Shown here: piece after piece, positions 34,768 through 45,358 of the stretch
Numbering within the stretch: the stretch's first letter is position 1
How the letters are laid out: every line of letters begins with the position of its first letter
From: an uncultured Enterobacteriaceae bacterium
GTDB taxonomy: Bacteria; Pseudomonadota; Gammaproteobacteria; Burkholderiales; SG8-39
Assembly: GCA_964576525.1 (NCBI GenBank)
Contig: CAZNVH010000056.1
Span: 42,425 to 106,424 of the forward strand
DNA length: 64,000 bases
Reading direction: 5' to 3'
Translations under genes and position numbers: made by a program
Notes under the pieces: generated by a model
Told to the model about the DNA's origin: nothing
The model's database searches: none
The model's input: only the letters and a program-made list of their open reading frames with translations

Positions 34768-35643
34768 GTGAGAATGCACTTCATCTTTCAGAACAAGGAT
34801 CGGGTGCTCGGGGCGGCACTTGGCCTGTCGCTTGCCCTGCATGTGGTGCTGCTTTCGATGCATTTCACGATGCCGGATGCGCGGCGCTGGAAGCCGGCGC
34901 ACGAGCCGATCGACGTGGTGCTGGTCAATGCCAAGACGCGCGAGCGGCCGGCCAAGGCCGACGTGCTGGCGCAGGCGAACCTCGACCGCGGCGGCACGGT
35001 CGACGAGCGCCGGCGCGCCAGAACCCCTTTGCCAGTGACCGAGCCGCGCAATCCGGGCAAGGACCTCGCCTCGGCGCAGCGCCGCCAGCGCGATCTCGAA
35101 GCCGAACAGCAGCGCCTGCTCGCCCAGATGCGCCAGGCGCAGACCACGGTGCCGCCCGAGGCGACCCGCAAGCCCGGCGCCGCCGAGCCGGCGACCCAGC
35201 CCGACGGGCGCGACCTCGCCGACCTGGCGCTCGCCGCGATGCGGCTGCAGGCGCAGATCGACCGGCAGATCGACGAATACCAGAAGCGCCCGCGCAAGAA
35301 GTTCATCGGCGCGAACGCCTCCGAGTACCACTTGGCGCAGTACGAGGAGGAGTTCCGCGCCAGGATCGAGCGCATCGGCACCGTCAATTACCCGGCGGAG
35401 GCGCGCGGCAGGCACTACGGCAGCCTGCGGCTGACGGTCACGATCCGCCCCGACGGCACGGTCGACTCGATCGAGCTCGACCGCTCCTCGGGACTCAAGG
35501 TGCTCGACGCCGCGGCCTTCAAGATCGTGCGCATGGCGACGCCTTTCGCCCCCTTTCCCCCGAACATCCGACGCGATACCGACCTGGTGGTCATCACGCG
35601 CACCTGGATCTTCGACAAGGGCGACAAGATCTGGACTGAGTAG
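34768..35643 (+). CDS. TonB-family energy transducer
   Basis: 291 aa with an N-terminal TM (VLGAALGLSLALHVVLL), a charged or Pro-containing linker, and a TonB C-terminal domain (YPAEARGRHYGSLRLTVTIRPDGTV). Confidence 0.8.
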   Translation: MRMHFIFQNKDRVLGAALGLSLALHVVLLSMHFTMPDARRWKPAHEPIDVVLVNAKTRERPAKADVLAQANLDRGGTVDERRRARTPLPVTEPRNPGKDLASAQRRQRDLEAEQQRLLAQMRQAQTTVPPEATRKPGAAEPATQPDGRDLADLALAAMRLQAQIDRQIDEYQKRPRKKFIGANASEYHLAQYEEEFRARIERIGTVNYPAEARGRHYGSLRLTVTIRPDGTVDSIELDRSSGLKVLDAAAFKIVRMATPFAPFPPNIRRDTDLVVITRTWIFDKGDKIWTE

Positions 35644-35658
35644 TCGGATGTAGATGCA

Positions 35659-36453
35659 ATGAGCGACCGATACGCAATCATCGGCAACCCGGTCGCGCAC
35701 TCGAAGTCGCCCTGGATTCACGCCGAGTTCGCCCGCGCCACCGGGCAGGACCTCGAGTACGTCCACCTCGAGGCGCCGCTCGACGGCTTTGCCGCGACGG
35801 TGGAGCGCTTTCGCGCCGCGGGGGGCAAGGGCCTGAACGTCACGCTGCCGTTCAAGCACCAGGCGTTCCGCTATTGCTCGAGGCACAGCGACCGGGCAAG
35901 CGCCGCGCAGGTGGTGAATACCATCGTTTTCGACCGCAGCTTCGGCGACAACACCGATGGCGTGGGACTGGTACGGGACCTTTCCGAGAATCTTCAGGTA
36001 TCTCTCAACGGCAAAGGCTTGTTGTTGCTCGGCGCGGGCGGCGCCGCACAAGGTGTGGTCAGCGCGCTGCTCGAGGCCGGCGTAGCGCAGCTGGTCATCG
36101 CGAACCGCACCCTTTCCAAGGCGCAGTCGCTTGCCGAGCGCTTTCCGGGCGCCAGCGCCTGCGGCTACGAGGCGCTGAGCGGGAGGTCGTTCGACATCGT
36201 GGTCAACGCGACCTCGGCCGGGCTCGCGGGAGCGGCGCCGCCGCTGCCCGACGGGCTGCTGGGGGCGAAAACGCTCGCCTATGACATGGTGTACGGGCGC
36301 GACACGCCGTTCCTCACCGCGGCGCGCGCTGCCGGCGCGCGCGCCTGCGACGGCCTGGGCATGCTGGTCGAACAGGCGGCCGAGTCCTTCTACCTCTGGC
36401 GCGGGGTGCGGCCGCAAGCGCGCCCGGTGCTGGCCAAGCTGCGTGGCGCGTAG
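35659..36453 (+). CDS. aroE: shikimate dehydrogenase
   Basis: 264 aa with IGNPVAHSKSPWIH, NVTLPFK, NTD and the Rossmann LLLGAGGAAQGV. Confidence 0.93.
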   Translation: MSDRYAIIGNPVAHSKSPWIHAEFARATGQDLEYVHLEAPLDGFAATVERFRAAGGKGLNVTLPFKHQAFRYCSRHSDRASAAQVVNTIVFDRSFGDNTDGVGLVRDLSENLQVSLNGKGLLLLGAGGAAQGVVSALLEAGVAQLVIANRTLSKAQSLAERFPGASACGYEALSGRSFDIVVNATSAGLAGAAPPLPDGLLGAKTLAYDMVYGRDTPFLTAARAAGARACDGLGMLVEQAAESFYLWRGVRPQARPVLAKLRGA

Positions 36454-37147
36454 CCGCCTGCGCTTCGTGGTGCTGGCGTGGAAGGCGTTCTGCTACACGC
36501 TCGGCGCGGCGGTGCTCGTCGTGCTCGGGATCCAGCTCTGGTTCTACGGCCACATCCTGTACTGGAGCGAGGCCAATCCGTCCTCGAGCGCCTTCATGGA
36601 GCGCCACCTCGAGAAACCGGGAGCACGGCTGCGGCACACCTGGGTCCCCTACGAGCGCATCTCCGAGCACCTGAAGCGCGCCGTGGTCGCCGCCGAGGAC
36701 GCGCGCTTCCTCGACCACGAGGGCTTCGACTGGGAGGCGATCCAGAAGGCGATGCAGAAGAACGAGAAGCGCGGCAAAGTGGTCTCGGGCGCCTCGACCA
36801 TCAGCCAGCAGCTCGCCAAGAACCTGTTCCTCTCCGGCGAGCGCTCGTGGCTGCGCAAAGGCGAGGAGGCGGCGATCACGTGGATGATGGAGCGCACCCT
36901 CTCCAAGCGCCGCATCCTCGAGCTCTATCTCAACCTCGCCGAGTGGGGCGAGGGCGTGTTCGGCGCCGAGGCGGCGGCGCGCCACCATTTCGGCGCGACG
37001 GCCGCGGCGATTACGCCGGAGCAGGCCGCCTACCTCGCGGCGATCCTGCCCAGCCCGCGGCGCTACGACCGCGGCCGCGAGACCCCCTACATCGCCGGGC
37101 GCATGGGGACGATCACCGCGCGCATGGCCGGAGCGCAGATCCCGTGA
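36443..37147 (+). CDS. mtgA: monofunctional biosynthetic peptidoglycan transglycosylase
   Basis: About 234 aa from the GTG at 36443, with a TM anchor and GT51 motifs (EDARFLDHEGFDW, GASTISQQLAKN, RILELYLNLAEWG). Confidence 0.9.
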   Translation: MARSRLRFVVLAWKAFCYTLGAAVLVVLGIQLWFYGHILYWSEANPSSSAFMERHLEKPGARLRHTWVPYERISEHLKRAVVAAEDARFLDHEGFDWEAIQKAMQKNEKRGKVVSGASTISQQLAKNLFLSGERSWLRKGEEAAITWMMERTLSKRRILELYLNLAEWGEGVFGAEAAARHHFGATAAAITPEQAAYLAAILPSPRRYDRGRETPYIAGRMGTITARMAGAQIP

Positions 37148-37153
37148 GCGAAG

Positions 37154-38425
37154 TCAAAGGGTCTTGAAGGCAGTCCGCGCCGCGGCGAGCGTCGCGTCGA
37201 TCTCGGCCGCCCCATGCGCCGCCGACACGAAACCCGCCTCGTAGGCGGACGGAGCAAGATACACGCCACGCGTGAGCATCTCGTGAAAGAAGCGGTTGAA
37301 GCGCTCGCGGTCGCACTGCATGACCTCGGCGAAGCTCCGTGGCGGTGCATCGCGGAAGACCAGGCCGAACATGCTGCCGATCGACTGCGCCGAGAACACT
37401 ACGCCGGCCTTTCTGGCTTCGACCGTCAAGCCTTCCACCAGCGCGCGCGTGGTGGCCTCGACCGTCTCAAAAAATCCGTTCTTTGTAACCACCTGCAACG
37501 TCGCGAGCCCCGCGGCCACCGCGATCGGGTTTCCCGAAAGCGTACCCGCCTGGTACACCGGCCCGAGGGGCGCGAGGCGCTCCATGATGTCGCGCCGCCC
37601 GCCGAGCGCCGCGAGCGGCAGGCCGCCGCCGATGACCTTGCCGAGCGTGGTGAGGTCGGGGCGGATGCCGAAGCGGTCCTGCACGCCGGCGGGCGCGGCG
37701 CGAAAGCCGGTCATCACCTCGTCGAAGATCAGGAGCGCGCCGCTGCGCGTGCATTCTTCGCGCAGCGTTTCGAGGAAGCCGGGCGCCGGCAGCACCAGGT
37801 TCATGTTTCCCGCCACCGGTTCCACGATCACGGCAGCGATTTCTTTCTCATTGAGAAGCTTTTTTACCTGGGCGGCGTCGTTGTAGTCGAGCACCAAGGT
37901 CTGCGCCGCGATCTCCGGTGGCACGCCCGCCGAACTCGGGGTGCCGAAGGTCAGCGCACCCGAGCCCGCCTTCACCAGCAATGAATCGGCGTGGCCGTGG
38001 TAGCAGCCCTCGAACTTGACGATCAGGCTGCGGCCGGTGAAGCCGCGCGCCAGGCGCAGCGCAGTCATCGTCGCCTCGGTGCCCGACGACACCAGCCGCA
38101 GCATCTCGAGCGAGGGCACGAGGCGGCACAGGAGCTCGGCGATCTCGACCTCGGCCGCGGTGGGCGCGCCGAACGACAGCGCGCGCAGGGCGGTTTCCCG
38201 CACCGCTTCGACCACCGCGGGATGACCGTGGCCGGCGAGCATCGGGCCCCAGGAGCCGACGTAGTCGATGTAGCGCGTGCCGTCCGCGTCCCACAGGCAG
38301 GCGCCCGAAGCGCGCTCGAAGAACGGCGGCGTGCCGCCCACCGCGCGGAACGCGCGCACCGGGGAATTCACGCCGCCCGGGATGAGGGCCTGGGCGCGCT
38401 CGAAGAGCTCGCGACTTTTCTTCAT
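37154..38425 (-). CDS. hemL: glutamate-1-semialdehyde 2,1-aminomutase
   Basis: 423 aa from the ATG at 38425 ([26 protein letters not shown]). Class-III aminotransferase body. Confidence 0.95.
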   Translation of the reverse strand: MKKSRELFERAQALIPGGVNSPVRAFRAVGGTPPFFERASGACLWDADGTRYIDYVGSWGPMLAGHGHPAVVEAVRETALRALSFGAPTAAEVEIAELLCRLVPSLEMLRLVSSGTEATMTALRLARGFTGRSLIVKFEGCYHGHADSLLVKAGSGALTFGTPSSAGVPPEIAAQTLVLDYNDAAQVKKLLNEKEIAAVIVEPVAGNMNLVLPAPGFLETLREECTRSGALLIFDEVMTGFRAAPAGVQDRFGIRPDLTTLGKVIGGGLPLAALGGRRDIMERLAPLGPVYQAGTLSGNPIAVAAGLATLQVVTKNGFFETVEATTRALVEGLTVEARKAGVVFSAQSIGSMFGLVFRDAPPRSFAEVMQCDRERFNRFFHEMLTRGVYLAPSAYEAGFVSAAHGAAEIDATLAAARTAFKTL

Positions 38426-39024
38426 TGGAAGAGCTTCCGGTATTCGCCCGCACGCTGCGCGATGTCGGGCGCGTCGAAAAGATCCGAGATTACCGCGAGC
38501 AGGCCCGCGCCGGCGGCGATCAGGCCCGGCGCGTTCGCCAGCGTGATGCCGCCGATCGCGCACAGGGGAACGCCAAGATCGCCCTGGAACAGGGAAAGCG
38601 GCGCGACCACGGCCCCGGGCTTGGTCGGCGAGGGGAACACGCTGCCGAAAGCGATGTAGTCGGCGCCGGCACGCACTGCCGCCCTGGCGAGGTCCGGGTC
38701 GTTGTAGCAGGAAGCGCCCAGGAGCCTGCTCGGAAGCTGCGCGCGCGCCGCGGCGAGCGCGCCGTCGTCGCGGCCGAGGTGCAGGCCATTAGCGCCCACC
38801 GCGAGCGCGATGTCGAGGTCGTCGTTGACGATGAACGGCACGCCGTAGCCGCGCGCGATCGGCGCCAGCTCTTTCGCCTGGAGCAGGCGCTTGTCCTTCG
38901 ACATGATCTTGTTGCGGTATTGCAGCAGGCTGACGCCGGCGCCGAGCGCTTGCTCGACCTTGCGGACAAGCAGCCCGGTGTCGGCGGTGTCCGGGGTGAT
39001 CGCGTAGAGGCCGCGCAGCATCAT
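38422..39024 (-). CDS. thiE: thiamine phosphate synthase
   Basis: 200 aa, LYAITPD...LQYRNK...LHLG. Overlaps the hemL start by 4 nt. Confidence 0.9.
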   Translation of the reverse strand: MMLRGLYAITPDTADTGLLVRKVEQALGAGVSLLQYRNKIMSKDKRLLQAKELAPIARGYGVPFIVNDDLDIALAVGANGLHLGRDDGALAAARAQLPSRLLGASCYNDPDLARAAVRAGADYIAFGSVFPSPTKPGAVVAPLSLFQGDLGVPLCAIGGITLANAPGLIAAGAGLLAVISDLFDAPDIAQRAGEYRKLFQ

Positions 39025-39035
39025 TCAAGAACCGC

Positions 39036-39791
39036 TCATTTCCAGAACCTATTGGGCAGCGACTGGCCCGCCCCGGTGCGAAACGCCGCGGCCAGCGCCT
39101 GCCAGGTGTATTCCTGGGCCTCGCGCACCGCCTCGGGCACGCTGCGCCCTTTGGCGAGCGCCGCGGCGATCGCGGAGGCGAGCGTGCAACCCGAGCCGTG
39201 ATAGCTGCCGGGTAGCCGCTGCCAGCGGTCCTCGCGCACCACGCCGCCCTTGTCGTAAAGCGTGTTCACTACGTCCGCGGTGGCGGCGTGCGTTCCGGTC
39301 ACCAGCACGTAACGGCAACCGAGGTCGAGGAGGCGCTGCGCGCCGCCGAGGCGCTCGGCTTCGATGCTGTTCGGCGTCGCGACCGTGGCGCGCGGCACCA
39401 GCGCCTCGCACAGCGCCGCGGGCACCGCGTCGCTCGCCAGGGCGTCGCCGCGCCCCGAAGCGAGCACTGGGTCGAGCACCAGCGGCACCTGCGGGTGCTC
39501 GCCGACCACGGCGGCAACCGCGCGCACGTTCTCGGCCGACGCGAGGACGCCGGTCTTGAACGCCGCGACGCGGCTCTCGGCCAGCACGCGGCGCGCCTGC
39601 TGCGCGACCAGCTCGGCCCGCACCGCTTCGAGGCGCTCGACGCCGCTCGTGTCCTGCACCGTGAGCGCGGTGATCACCGACAGCGGATGGCAGCCGAGCG
39701 CGGCGAGCGTGAGCAGGTCGGCCTGGATGCCGGCGCCGCCGGTCGGATCGGAGGCGGCGAAGGCGAGGACGAGCGGAGGGCGCGACGACAT
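39036..39791 (-). CDS. thiD: hydroxymethylpyrimidine/phosphomethylpyrimidine kinase
   Basis: 251 aa with SDPTGGAGIQADLLT and a C-terminal GSGCTLASAIAA motif. Confidence 0.9.
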   Translation of the reverse strand: MSSRPPLVLAFAASDPTGGAGIQADLLTLAALGCHPLSVITALTVQDTSGVERLEAVRAELVAQQARRVLAESRVAAFKTGVLASAENVRAVAAVVGEHPQVPLVLDPVLASGRGDALASDAVPAALCEALVPRATVATPNSIEAERLGGAQRLLDLGCRYVLVTGTHAATADVVNTLYDKGGVVREDRWQRLPGSYHGSGCTLASAIAAALAKGRSVPEAVREAQEYTWQALAAAFRTGAGQSLPNRFWK

Positions 39792-39840
39792 GGGTTAATA
39801 TCGCCCGGATTTTACTGCCCCGAAAACGATCACCACCGCG

Positions 39841-40026
39841 ATGACCGAGAGCCAGGTTCAGTTTAAGACGTGGATGTGCCTTATCTGCGGCTTCGTCTAC
39901 GACGAGGCGGCAGGGCTGCCCGACGAGGGCCTCGCGCCCGGCACGCGCTGGGAGGACGTGCCGATGAACTGGACCTGCCCGGAGTGTGGGGCGCGCAAGG
40001 ATGATTTCGAGATGGTGGAACTATAA
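39841..40026 (+). CDS. rubredoxin
   Basis: 61 aa with two CxxC knuckles (CLICGFVYDE and CPECGARKDDF). Confidence 0.93.
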   Translation: MTESQVQFKTWMCLICGFVYDEAAGLPDEGLAPGTRWEDVPMNWTCPECGARKDDFEMVEL

Positions 40027-40050
40027 AGCGGTAAAATATCGAGTGGGCGC

Positions 40051-40611
40051 ATGTCCTCGATCAACCTGACGCATCACTTCCTGATCGCCATGCCCAGCAT
40101 GGCCGATCCGTACTTCTCCCGGACTCTTACTTACATCTGCGAGCACAACGACCAGGGCGCGCTCGGCCTGGTCGTGAACCGGCCGATCGACCTGACCCTG
40201 CAGGCGCTGTTCGAGCGCCTGTCGCTCAAGCTCGGCGACGCGGGGCGCAGGGACGCGCCGATCTACTTCGGCGGGCCGGTGCAGACCGACCGCGGCTTCG
40301 TGCTGCACGCGCCCGCCGGCAACTGGCAGTCGACGCTGCGTGTGCGCGACCTGATCGGGCTGACCACCTCGAAGGACATCCTTGAAGCGGTCGGGCGCGG
40401 CGAAGGGCCGGCGCGCATGCTGGTGACGCTCGGCTACGCCGGCTGGTCCCCGGGCCAGCTCGAGCACGAGCTGTCGCAGAATGCCTGGCTCACGGTCGAG
40501 GCGAGCGACGGCATCATCTTCGAGACGCCGTCGGAGGAGCGCCTGCCGGCGGCGATGGGACTCCTCGGCCTCGACTACGCGAGGCTGCAGGACGAAGCGG
40601 GACATGCCTAG
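40051..40611 (+). CDS. YqgE/AlgH family protein
   Basis: 186 aa, [40 protein letters not shown]. Confidence 0.88.
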   Translation: MSSINLTHHFLIAMPSMADPYFSRTLTYICEHNDQGALGLVVNRPIDLTLQALFERLSLKLGDAGRRDAPIYFGGPVQTDRGFVLHAPAGNWQSTLRVRDLIGLTTSKDILEAVGRGEGPARMLVTLGYAGWSPGQLEHELSQNAWLTVEASDGIIFETPSEERLPAAMGLLGLDYARLQDEAGHA

Positions 40612-41011
40612 GGGACCCGAGCGCTCTGCGCGAGCCAACGCTACGGTCCTTGCCTTCGACTTCGGTCTCAAGCGTATTGGCGTAGCGGTGGGGGAACCCG
40701 AGGTCCGGACCGCTCATCCCTTGCCCGCGGTGTCGGGCTTCCCGGAAATACAAAAACTCGTTGCCGAATGGAGCCCGGCGCAGTTCGTCGTCGGCTGGCC
40801 GGTGGCCGAGCGCGGCGAGCACCCGCTCGCCAAGCGCGTCGAGCGCTTCGCGCGCCAGCTCGAGGGCCGGTTCCGCCTGCCGGTGGCGCGCGTCGACGAG
40901 CGCTTCACTTCGGTCGAGGCGGAATCGCGCCTGAAGGGACTCAAGAAGAAGGCGATCGACTCGGTCGCGGCGCAGCTCATCCTGGAGCAATACTTTGACG
41001 AAGCTGCCTGA
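40604..41011 (+). CDS. ruvX: Holliday junction resolvase-like pre-16S rRNA nuclease RuvX (YqgF)
   Basis: 135 aa from the ATG at 40604. [16 protein letters not shown] is present. Conserved yqgE-ruvX-pyrR order. Confidence 0.88.
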   Translation: MPRGPERSARANATVLAFDFGLKRIGVAVGEPEVRTAHPLPAVSGFPEIQKLVAEWSPAQFVVGWPVAERGEHPLAKRVERFARQLEGRFRLPVARVDERFTSVEAESRLKGLKKKAIDSVAAQLILEQYFDEAA

Positions 41012-41501
41012 AGCCGAGAAGCTCTGCGAGCAGCTCGTCGCCGAGCTCAAGCCGCGCATCGGCCCAAAGAGCGCCATGGTGGGCCTCTACACCGGCGGAG
41101 CGTGGCTGGCCGAGCGCCTTCACCAGATGCTGGCCATGAAAAGTCCTTTGGGGTTCATGGACATCGCGTTCTACCGCGACGACTACGCGGCGCGCGGCCT
41201 GAAGCATGACCCGAAGCGCACCCGGATCCCGTTCGACGTCAACGGCGCCGAGCTGCTGCTGGTCGACGACGTGCTCTACAGCGGGCGCACGGTGCGCGCC
41301 GCGATGAACGAGTTGTTCGATTACGGCCGGCCGGCGAGCATCGCGCTGGTGGTGCTCGCCGACCGCGGCGGGCGGCAGCTGCCGATCTGCGCGCAGCACT
41401 GCGGCGCGCGCGTCGAGGTGCCGGCCGGCATGCGGCTGCGCCTGAAGCGCAGCGATGCCGGGAAACTCGCGCTCGCGCTGGAGCCCGACCGTGCAGCGTA
41501 A
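40995..41501 (+). CDS. pyrR: bifunctional pyr operon regulator / uracil phosphoribosyltransferase PyrR
   Basis: 168 aa with the PRPP-binding loop [17 protein letters not shown]. Confidence 0.9.
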   Translation: MTKLPEAEKLCEQLVAELKPRIGPKSAMVGLYTGGAWLAERLHQMLAMKSPLGFMDIAFYRDDYAARGLKHDPKRTRIPFDVNGAELLLVDDVLYSGRTVRAAMNELFDYGRPASIALVVLADRGGRQLPICAQHCGARVEVPAGMRLRLKRSDAGKLALALEPDRAA

Positions 41502-42441
41502 CCCGCAGCTCAACGACAAGGGCGAGCTGCAGCATCTGCTGTCCATCGAGGGGCTGCCGCGCGAGATCCTGGTGCAGATCCTCGACACCGCGGAATCCTT
41601 CGCCGGCGTCACCGAGCGCGAGGTGAAGAAGGTGCCGCTGCTGCGCGGCAAGAGCGTGTTCAACCTGTTCTTCGAGCCCTCGACGCGCACCCGCACCACC
41701 TTCGAGATCGCCGCCAAGCGCCTTTCGGCCGACGTCATCAACTTGAACATCGCGGTGTCGTCGCACACCAAGGGCGAGTCGCTGCTCGACACCGTGGCGA
41801 ACCTGTCGGCGATGCATGCCGACATCTTCGTGGTGCGCCACGACGCTTCCGGCGCGCCGTTCCTGATCGCGCGCCACGTCAAGCCGCACGAGCACGTGAT
41901 CAATGCCGGCGACGGGCGCCATGCGCACCCGACGCAGGGACTGCTGGATCTCTACACCATCCGCCACTACAAGAAGGACTTCAGCCGGCTGACGGTGGCG
42001 ATCGTCGGCGACATCCTGCACTCGCGCGTGGCGCGCTCGCTGATCCACGGGCTCACCACGCTCGGCGCCCCCGAGGTGCGCGTCATCGGCCCGCAGACCC
42101 TGATGCCGAGCGGCGTCGAGGCGCTCGGCGTGCGCGTGTGCCACGACATGCGCGAGGGCCTGCGCGACTGCGACGCGGTGGTCATGCTGCGGCTGCAGAA
42201 CGAGCGCATGCGTGGCGCGCTGCTGCCTTCGGCGCAGGAGTTCAACAAGCACTACGGACTGTCGGGCGACAAGCTGGCGCTCGCCAAGCCCGACGCCATC
42301 GTGATGCACCCCGGGCCGATGAACCGCGGCGTCGAGATCGACTCCAGCGTGGCCGACGGGCCGCACTCGGTGATCCTGCCGCAGGTGACCTTCGGCATCG
42401 CGGTGCGCATGGCGGTGATGAGCATCGTGGCGGGCAACTGA
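41491..42441 (+). CDS. pyrB: aspartate carbamoyltransferase catalytic subunit
   Basis: About 316 aa from the GTG at 41491. [13 protein letters not shown] and HPGPMNRG are present. Confidence 0.94.
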   Translation: MQRNPQLNDKGELQHLLSIEGLPREILVQILDTAESFAGVTEREVKKVPLLRGKSVFNLFFEPSTRTRTTFEIAAKRLSADVINLNIAVSSHTKGESLLDTVANLSAMHADIFVVRHDASGAPFLIARHVKPHEHVINAGDGRHAHPTQGLLDLYTIRHYKKDFSRLTVAIVGDILHSRVARSLIHGLTTLGAPEVRVIGPQTLMPSGVEALGVRVCHDMREGLRDCDAVVMLRLQNERMRGALLPSAQEFNKHYGLSGDKLALAKPDAIVMHPGPMNRGVEIDSSVADGPHSVILPQVTFGIAVRMAVMSIVAGN

Positions 42442-43703
42442 TGGCGCTGCATATCAAGAACGGCAGGGTGATCGATCCGGCGAGCGGGCGCGACGCACCG
42501 GGCGATGTTTTCGTGGCCGACGGAAAGATCGTCCAGGCGCTGAAAGGCAAGGCCGAGAAAACCATCGATGCGAAAGGCCTGGTGGTGGCGCCGGGCTTCA
42601 TCGACCTGTCGGCGCGCCTGCGCGAGCCGGGCTACGAATACAAGGCGACACTCGAGTCGGAGATGGACGCCGCGGTCGCCGGCGGCGTCACCAGCCTCGC
42701 CTGCCCGCCCGATACCGACCCGCCGCTCGACGAGCCGGGGCTGGTCGACATGCTGCGCCGGCGCGCCAAGGCGCTGTCGCGCGCGCGTGTCTACCCGGTG
42801 GGCGCGCTGACCGTGAAACTGCAGGGCACGGCGCTCACCGAGATGGGCCAGCTCTCCGACGCCGGCTGCGTCGCCTTCTCGCAGGCGAACGCGCCGATCG
42901 CCGACACCCAGGTGCTGTGGCGCGCGCTGCAGTACGCCGCGACCTTCGGCTACCCGGTCTGGCTGCGCGCCGAGGACGCCGGGCTGGCGAAGGACGGGGT
43001 GGCGCACGACGGCGAAGTCGCGACGCGCCTCGGCCTGGCCGGGATCCCGCCGTTTGCCGAGACCATCGCGCTCGCGACGATCCTCGAGCTGGTGCGCGCG
43101 ACCCGCGCCCGGGTGCACGTCTGCCGCCTGTCCACCGCGGGCGGCGTCGAGCTGATGCGCCGCGCGAAGCAGGAGGGCCTGCCGGTCAGCTCCGACGTCG
43201 GCGTGCACCACGTGCACCTGTGCGACGTCGACCTCGGCTACTTCGACTCGCATTGCCGCCTCGAGCCGCCGCTGCGCAGCCAGCGCGACCGCGATGCGCT
43301 CTCGCGCGGCCTGGCCGAGGGCGTGGTCGACTGCCTGTGCTCCGACCACACGCCGGTGGACGAGGACGGCAAGCACGTGCCGTTCGCCGAAGCCGAGCCG
43401 GGCGCGACCGGGCTGGAGCTGCTGCTGCCGCTCGCGCTGCGCTGGGGCGAGGCGCAAAAGCTTTCGCTGGCGGCGACGCTGGCGCGCATCACTTCCGCGC
43501 CGGCGCGCGTGCTCGGCGTCGCCTCCGGCAGGCTCGAGCCCGGGGCGCCGGCCGACGTGGTGCTGTTCGACCCGGCGGCGTCGCAGCGAATCGCGGCCGA
43601 GTCGCTCAAGAGCCAGGGCAAGAACACGCCGTTCCTCGGCTACGAGTTGCCGGGCCGCGTGCGCATGACGATCGTCGCCGGCAACGTGGTGTACGAGTCG
43701 TGA
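42441..43703 (+). CDS. dihydroorotase-like protein, predicted non-catalytic PyrC'
   Basis: 420 aa from the ATG at 42441, overlapping the pyrB stop. Amidohydrolase fold, but the metal-binding HxH is replaced (PGFIDLSARLREPG, against the usual DLHVHLREPG). Confidence 0.85.
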   Translation: MALHIKNGRVIDPASGRDAPGDVFVADGKIVQALKGKAEKTIDAKGLVVAPGFIDLSARLREPGYEYKATLESEMDAAVAGGVTSLACPPDTDPPLDEPGLVDMLRRRAKALSRARVYPVGALTVKLQGTALTEMGQLSDAGCVAFSQANAPIADTQVLWRALQYAATFGYPVWLRAEDAGLAKDGVAHDGEVATRLGLAGIPPFAETIALATILELVRATRARVHVCRLSTAGGVELMRRAKQEGLPVSSDVGVHHVHLCDVDLGYFDSHCRLEPPLRSQRDRDALSRGLAEGVVDCLCSDHTPVDEDGKHVPFAEAEPGATGLELLLPLALRWGEAQKLSLAATLARITSAPARVLGVASGRLEPGAPADVVLFDPAASQRIAAESLKSQGKNTPFLGYELPGRVRMTIVAGNVVYES

Positions 43704-44233
43704 GGAAATGGGTTTGTTTTGCAGTTCTGTTTTTGGTTGCTTGTGGTTCAACCCCGGAAAAGGGCGGCTACTACAAGGACGACGGCCCCCACGAGCGGCC
43801 GCCGGCGCACCTCGACCGGATACCGGATGCCGTTCCACGTACTGAACCATTGAGTCGCGGTGCGAACCAACCGTATGAGCGTTTCGGTAAACGCTATGTA
43901 CCGCTTACTTCTGTGCAGCCGTTCCGCCAGAGTGGCGTTGCAAGCTGGTATGGAAAACGCTATCACGGCAGCAAGACGTCGAACGGCGAGACCTACGACA
44001 TGTACGCGATGACCGCCGCGCATCCCACGCTGCCGATCCCGAGCTACGCGCGCGTCACCAACGTGAAGAGCGGCAAGAGCGTGGTGGTGCGCATCAACGA
44101 TCGCGGGCCGTTCCACGCCGCGCGCGTCATCGACCTGTCGTACGTCGCCGCGTACAAGCTCGGCTACATCCAGGCGGGCGCGGCGCAGGTCGAGGTTGAA
44201 AGCATCGTCCCCGGCAAGCGGGCCGGGCTGTAG
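43700..44233 (+). CDS. rlpA: RlpA-family septal ring lytic transglycosylase lipoprotein
   Basis: About 177 aa from the GTG at 43700. Lipobox LVACGS. DPBB domain (GVASWYGKRYHGSKTSNGETYDMYAMTAAHPTLPIPSYARVTN...VVRINDRGPF). No SPOR domain is visible. Confidence 0.85.
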   Translation: MRKWVCFAVLFLVACGSTPEKGGYYKDDGPHERPPAHLDRIPDAVPRTEPLSRGANQPYERFGKRYVPLTSVQPFRQSGVASWYGKRYHGSKTSNGETYDMYAMTAAHPTLPIPSYARVTNVKSGKSVVVRINDRGPFHAARVIDLSYVAAYKLGYIQAGAAQVEVESIVPGKRAGL

Positions 44234-45358
44234 ATGCGCAGCGCCCTGGTTGTGCTGGTCTGTGCAGTTTGTTTCGCCGCCGAAGCTGCGGCGCCGCGGC
44301 CGCCGGGGGTGATCGGCAAGGCCTGGGTGCTCGGCGACCTGTCGAGCGGCCAGCTGCTCGCTGCGCACCAGACCGACGAGCGCTTCGAGCCGGCCTCGCT
44401 CACCAAGCTGATGACGGCCTACGTGGTGTTCGTGGCGCTGCGCGAGAAGAAGCTCACGCTCGAGCAGCAGGTACAGGTGTCGCCGCGCGCCTGGAAAGCC
44501 GCCGGATCGCGCATGTTCATCGAGCCGAGCCGCCCGGTGAGCGTCGACGAGTTGATCCGCGGCGTGGTGGTGCAGTCGGGCAACGACGCCTGCGTCGCGC
44601 TCGCCGAGGCGGTCGCGGGTTCCGAAGAAGCGTTCGTGCAGCTGATGAATCGCGAGGCGGCGCGCCTGGGCATGAAGAACTCGCGCTTCATGAACGCCTC
44701 CGGGCTGCCCGACGCCCAACACTACAGCTCGGCGCAGGACCTGTACCTGCTCGCCGCGGCGCTGATCCGCGATTTCCCCGCCGAGTACGCGCAGTACTAC
44801 TCGCAGAAGGAGTACCGCTACAACGGCATCGCGCAGCCCAACCGCAACCGCCTGCTGTGGATCGACCCCAGCGTCGACGGCGTCAAGACCGGCCACACCG
44901 AGGCCGCGGGCTACTGCCTGGTCGCCTCCTCGCGCCGCGGCGGCCGGCGCCTGCTGTCGGTGCTGCTCGGCGCGACCTCGGAGGCGGCGCGCGCGCAGGA
45001 ATCGCTCAAGCTGCTCAACTGGGGCTATCAATCCTTCGAGGCGGTCAGGCTTTATCCGGCGGGCGGCGAGGTCAAGTCGCTCGAAGTTTGGAAAGGCGCG
45101 GCGCGCTCGGTGAAAGCCGGCGTCGCCGGCGATCTTTTCGTCACCGTGCCCAAGGGCGAAGCCGACCGGCTCAAGGCCGAGCTGGTGTCGCAGCAGCCGT
45201 TGCTCGCGCCGGTCGCGAAGGGCCAGCGCGTCGGCATGCTGCGCGTGATGCACGACGGCAAGCCCTACGGCGAATACCCGCTGGTCGCGCTCGAGCCGGT
45301 CGCGCAAGCGGGAATTTTCGGACGTGCCTGGGATACACTGCGGCTATGGCTGAAGTAG
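44234..45358 (+). CDS. D-alanyl-D-alanine carboxypeptidase (PBP5/6 type)
   Basis: 374 aa with a signal peptide and the three motifs SxxK (ASLTKLM), SGN (QSGND) and KTG (VKTGHT). Confidence 0.92.
   Translation: MRSALVVLVCAVCFAAEAAAPRPPGVIGKAWVLGDLSSGQLLAAHQTDERFEPASLTKLMTAYVVFVALREKKLTLEQQVQVSPRAWKAAGSRMFIEPSRPVSVDELIRGVVVQSGNDACVALAEAVAGSEEAFVQLMNREAARLGMKNSRFMNASGLPDAQHYSSAQDLYLLAAALIRDFPAEYAQYYSQKEYRYNGIAQPNRNRLLWIDPSVDGVKTGHTEAAGYCLVASSRRGGRRLLSVLLGATSEAARAQESLKLLNWGYQSFEAVRLYPAGGEVKSLEVWKGAARSVKAGVAGDLFVTVPKGEADRLKAELVSQQPLLAPVAKGQRVGMLRVMHDGKPYGEYPLVALEPVAQAGIFGRAWDTLRLWLK

Noticed and set aside
39792-39840. TPP riboswitch upstream of thiD-thiE.
   Set aside because: Only 49 nt separate thiD from the divergent rubredoxin gene, which is too short for a THI element, and I saw no CTGAGA / ACCTGA-type motifs.
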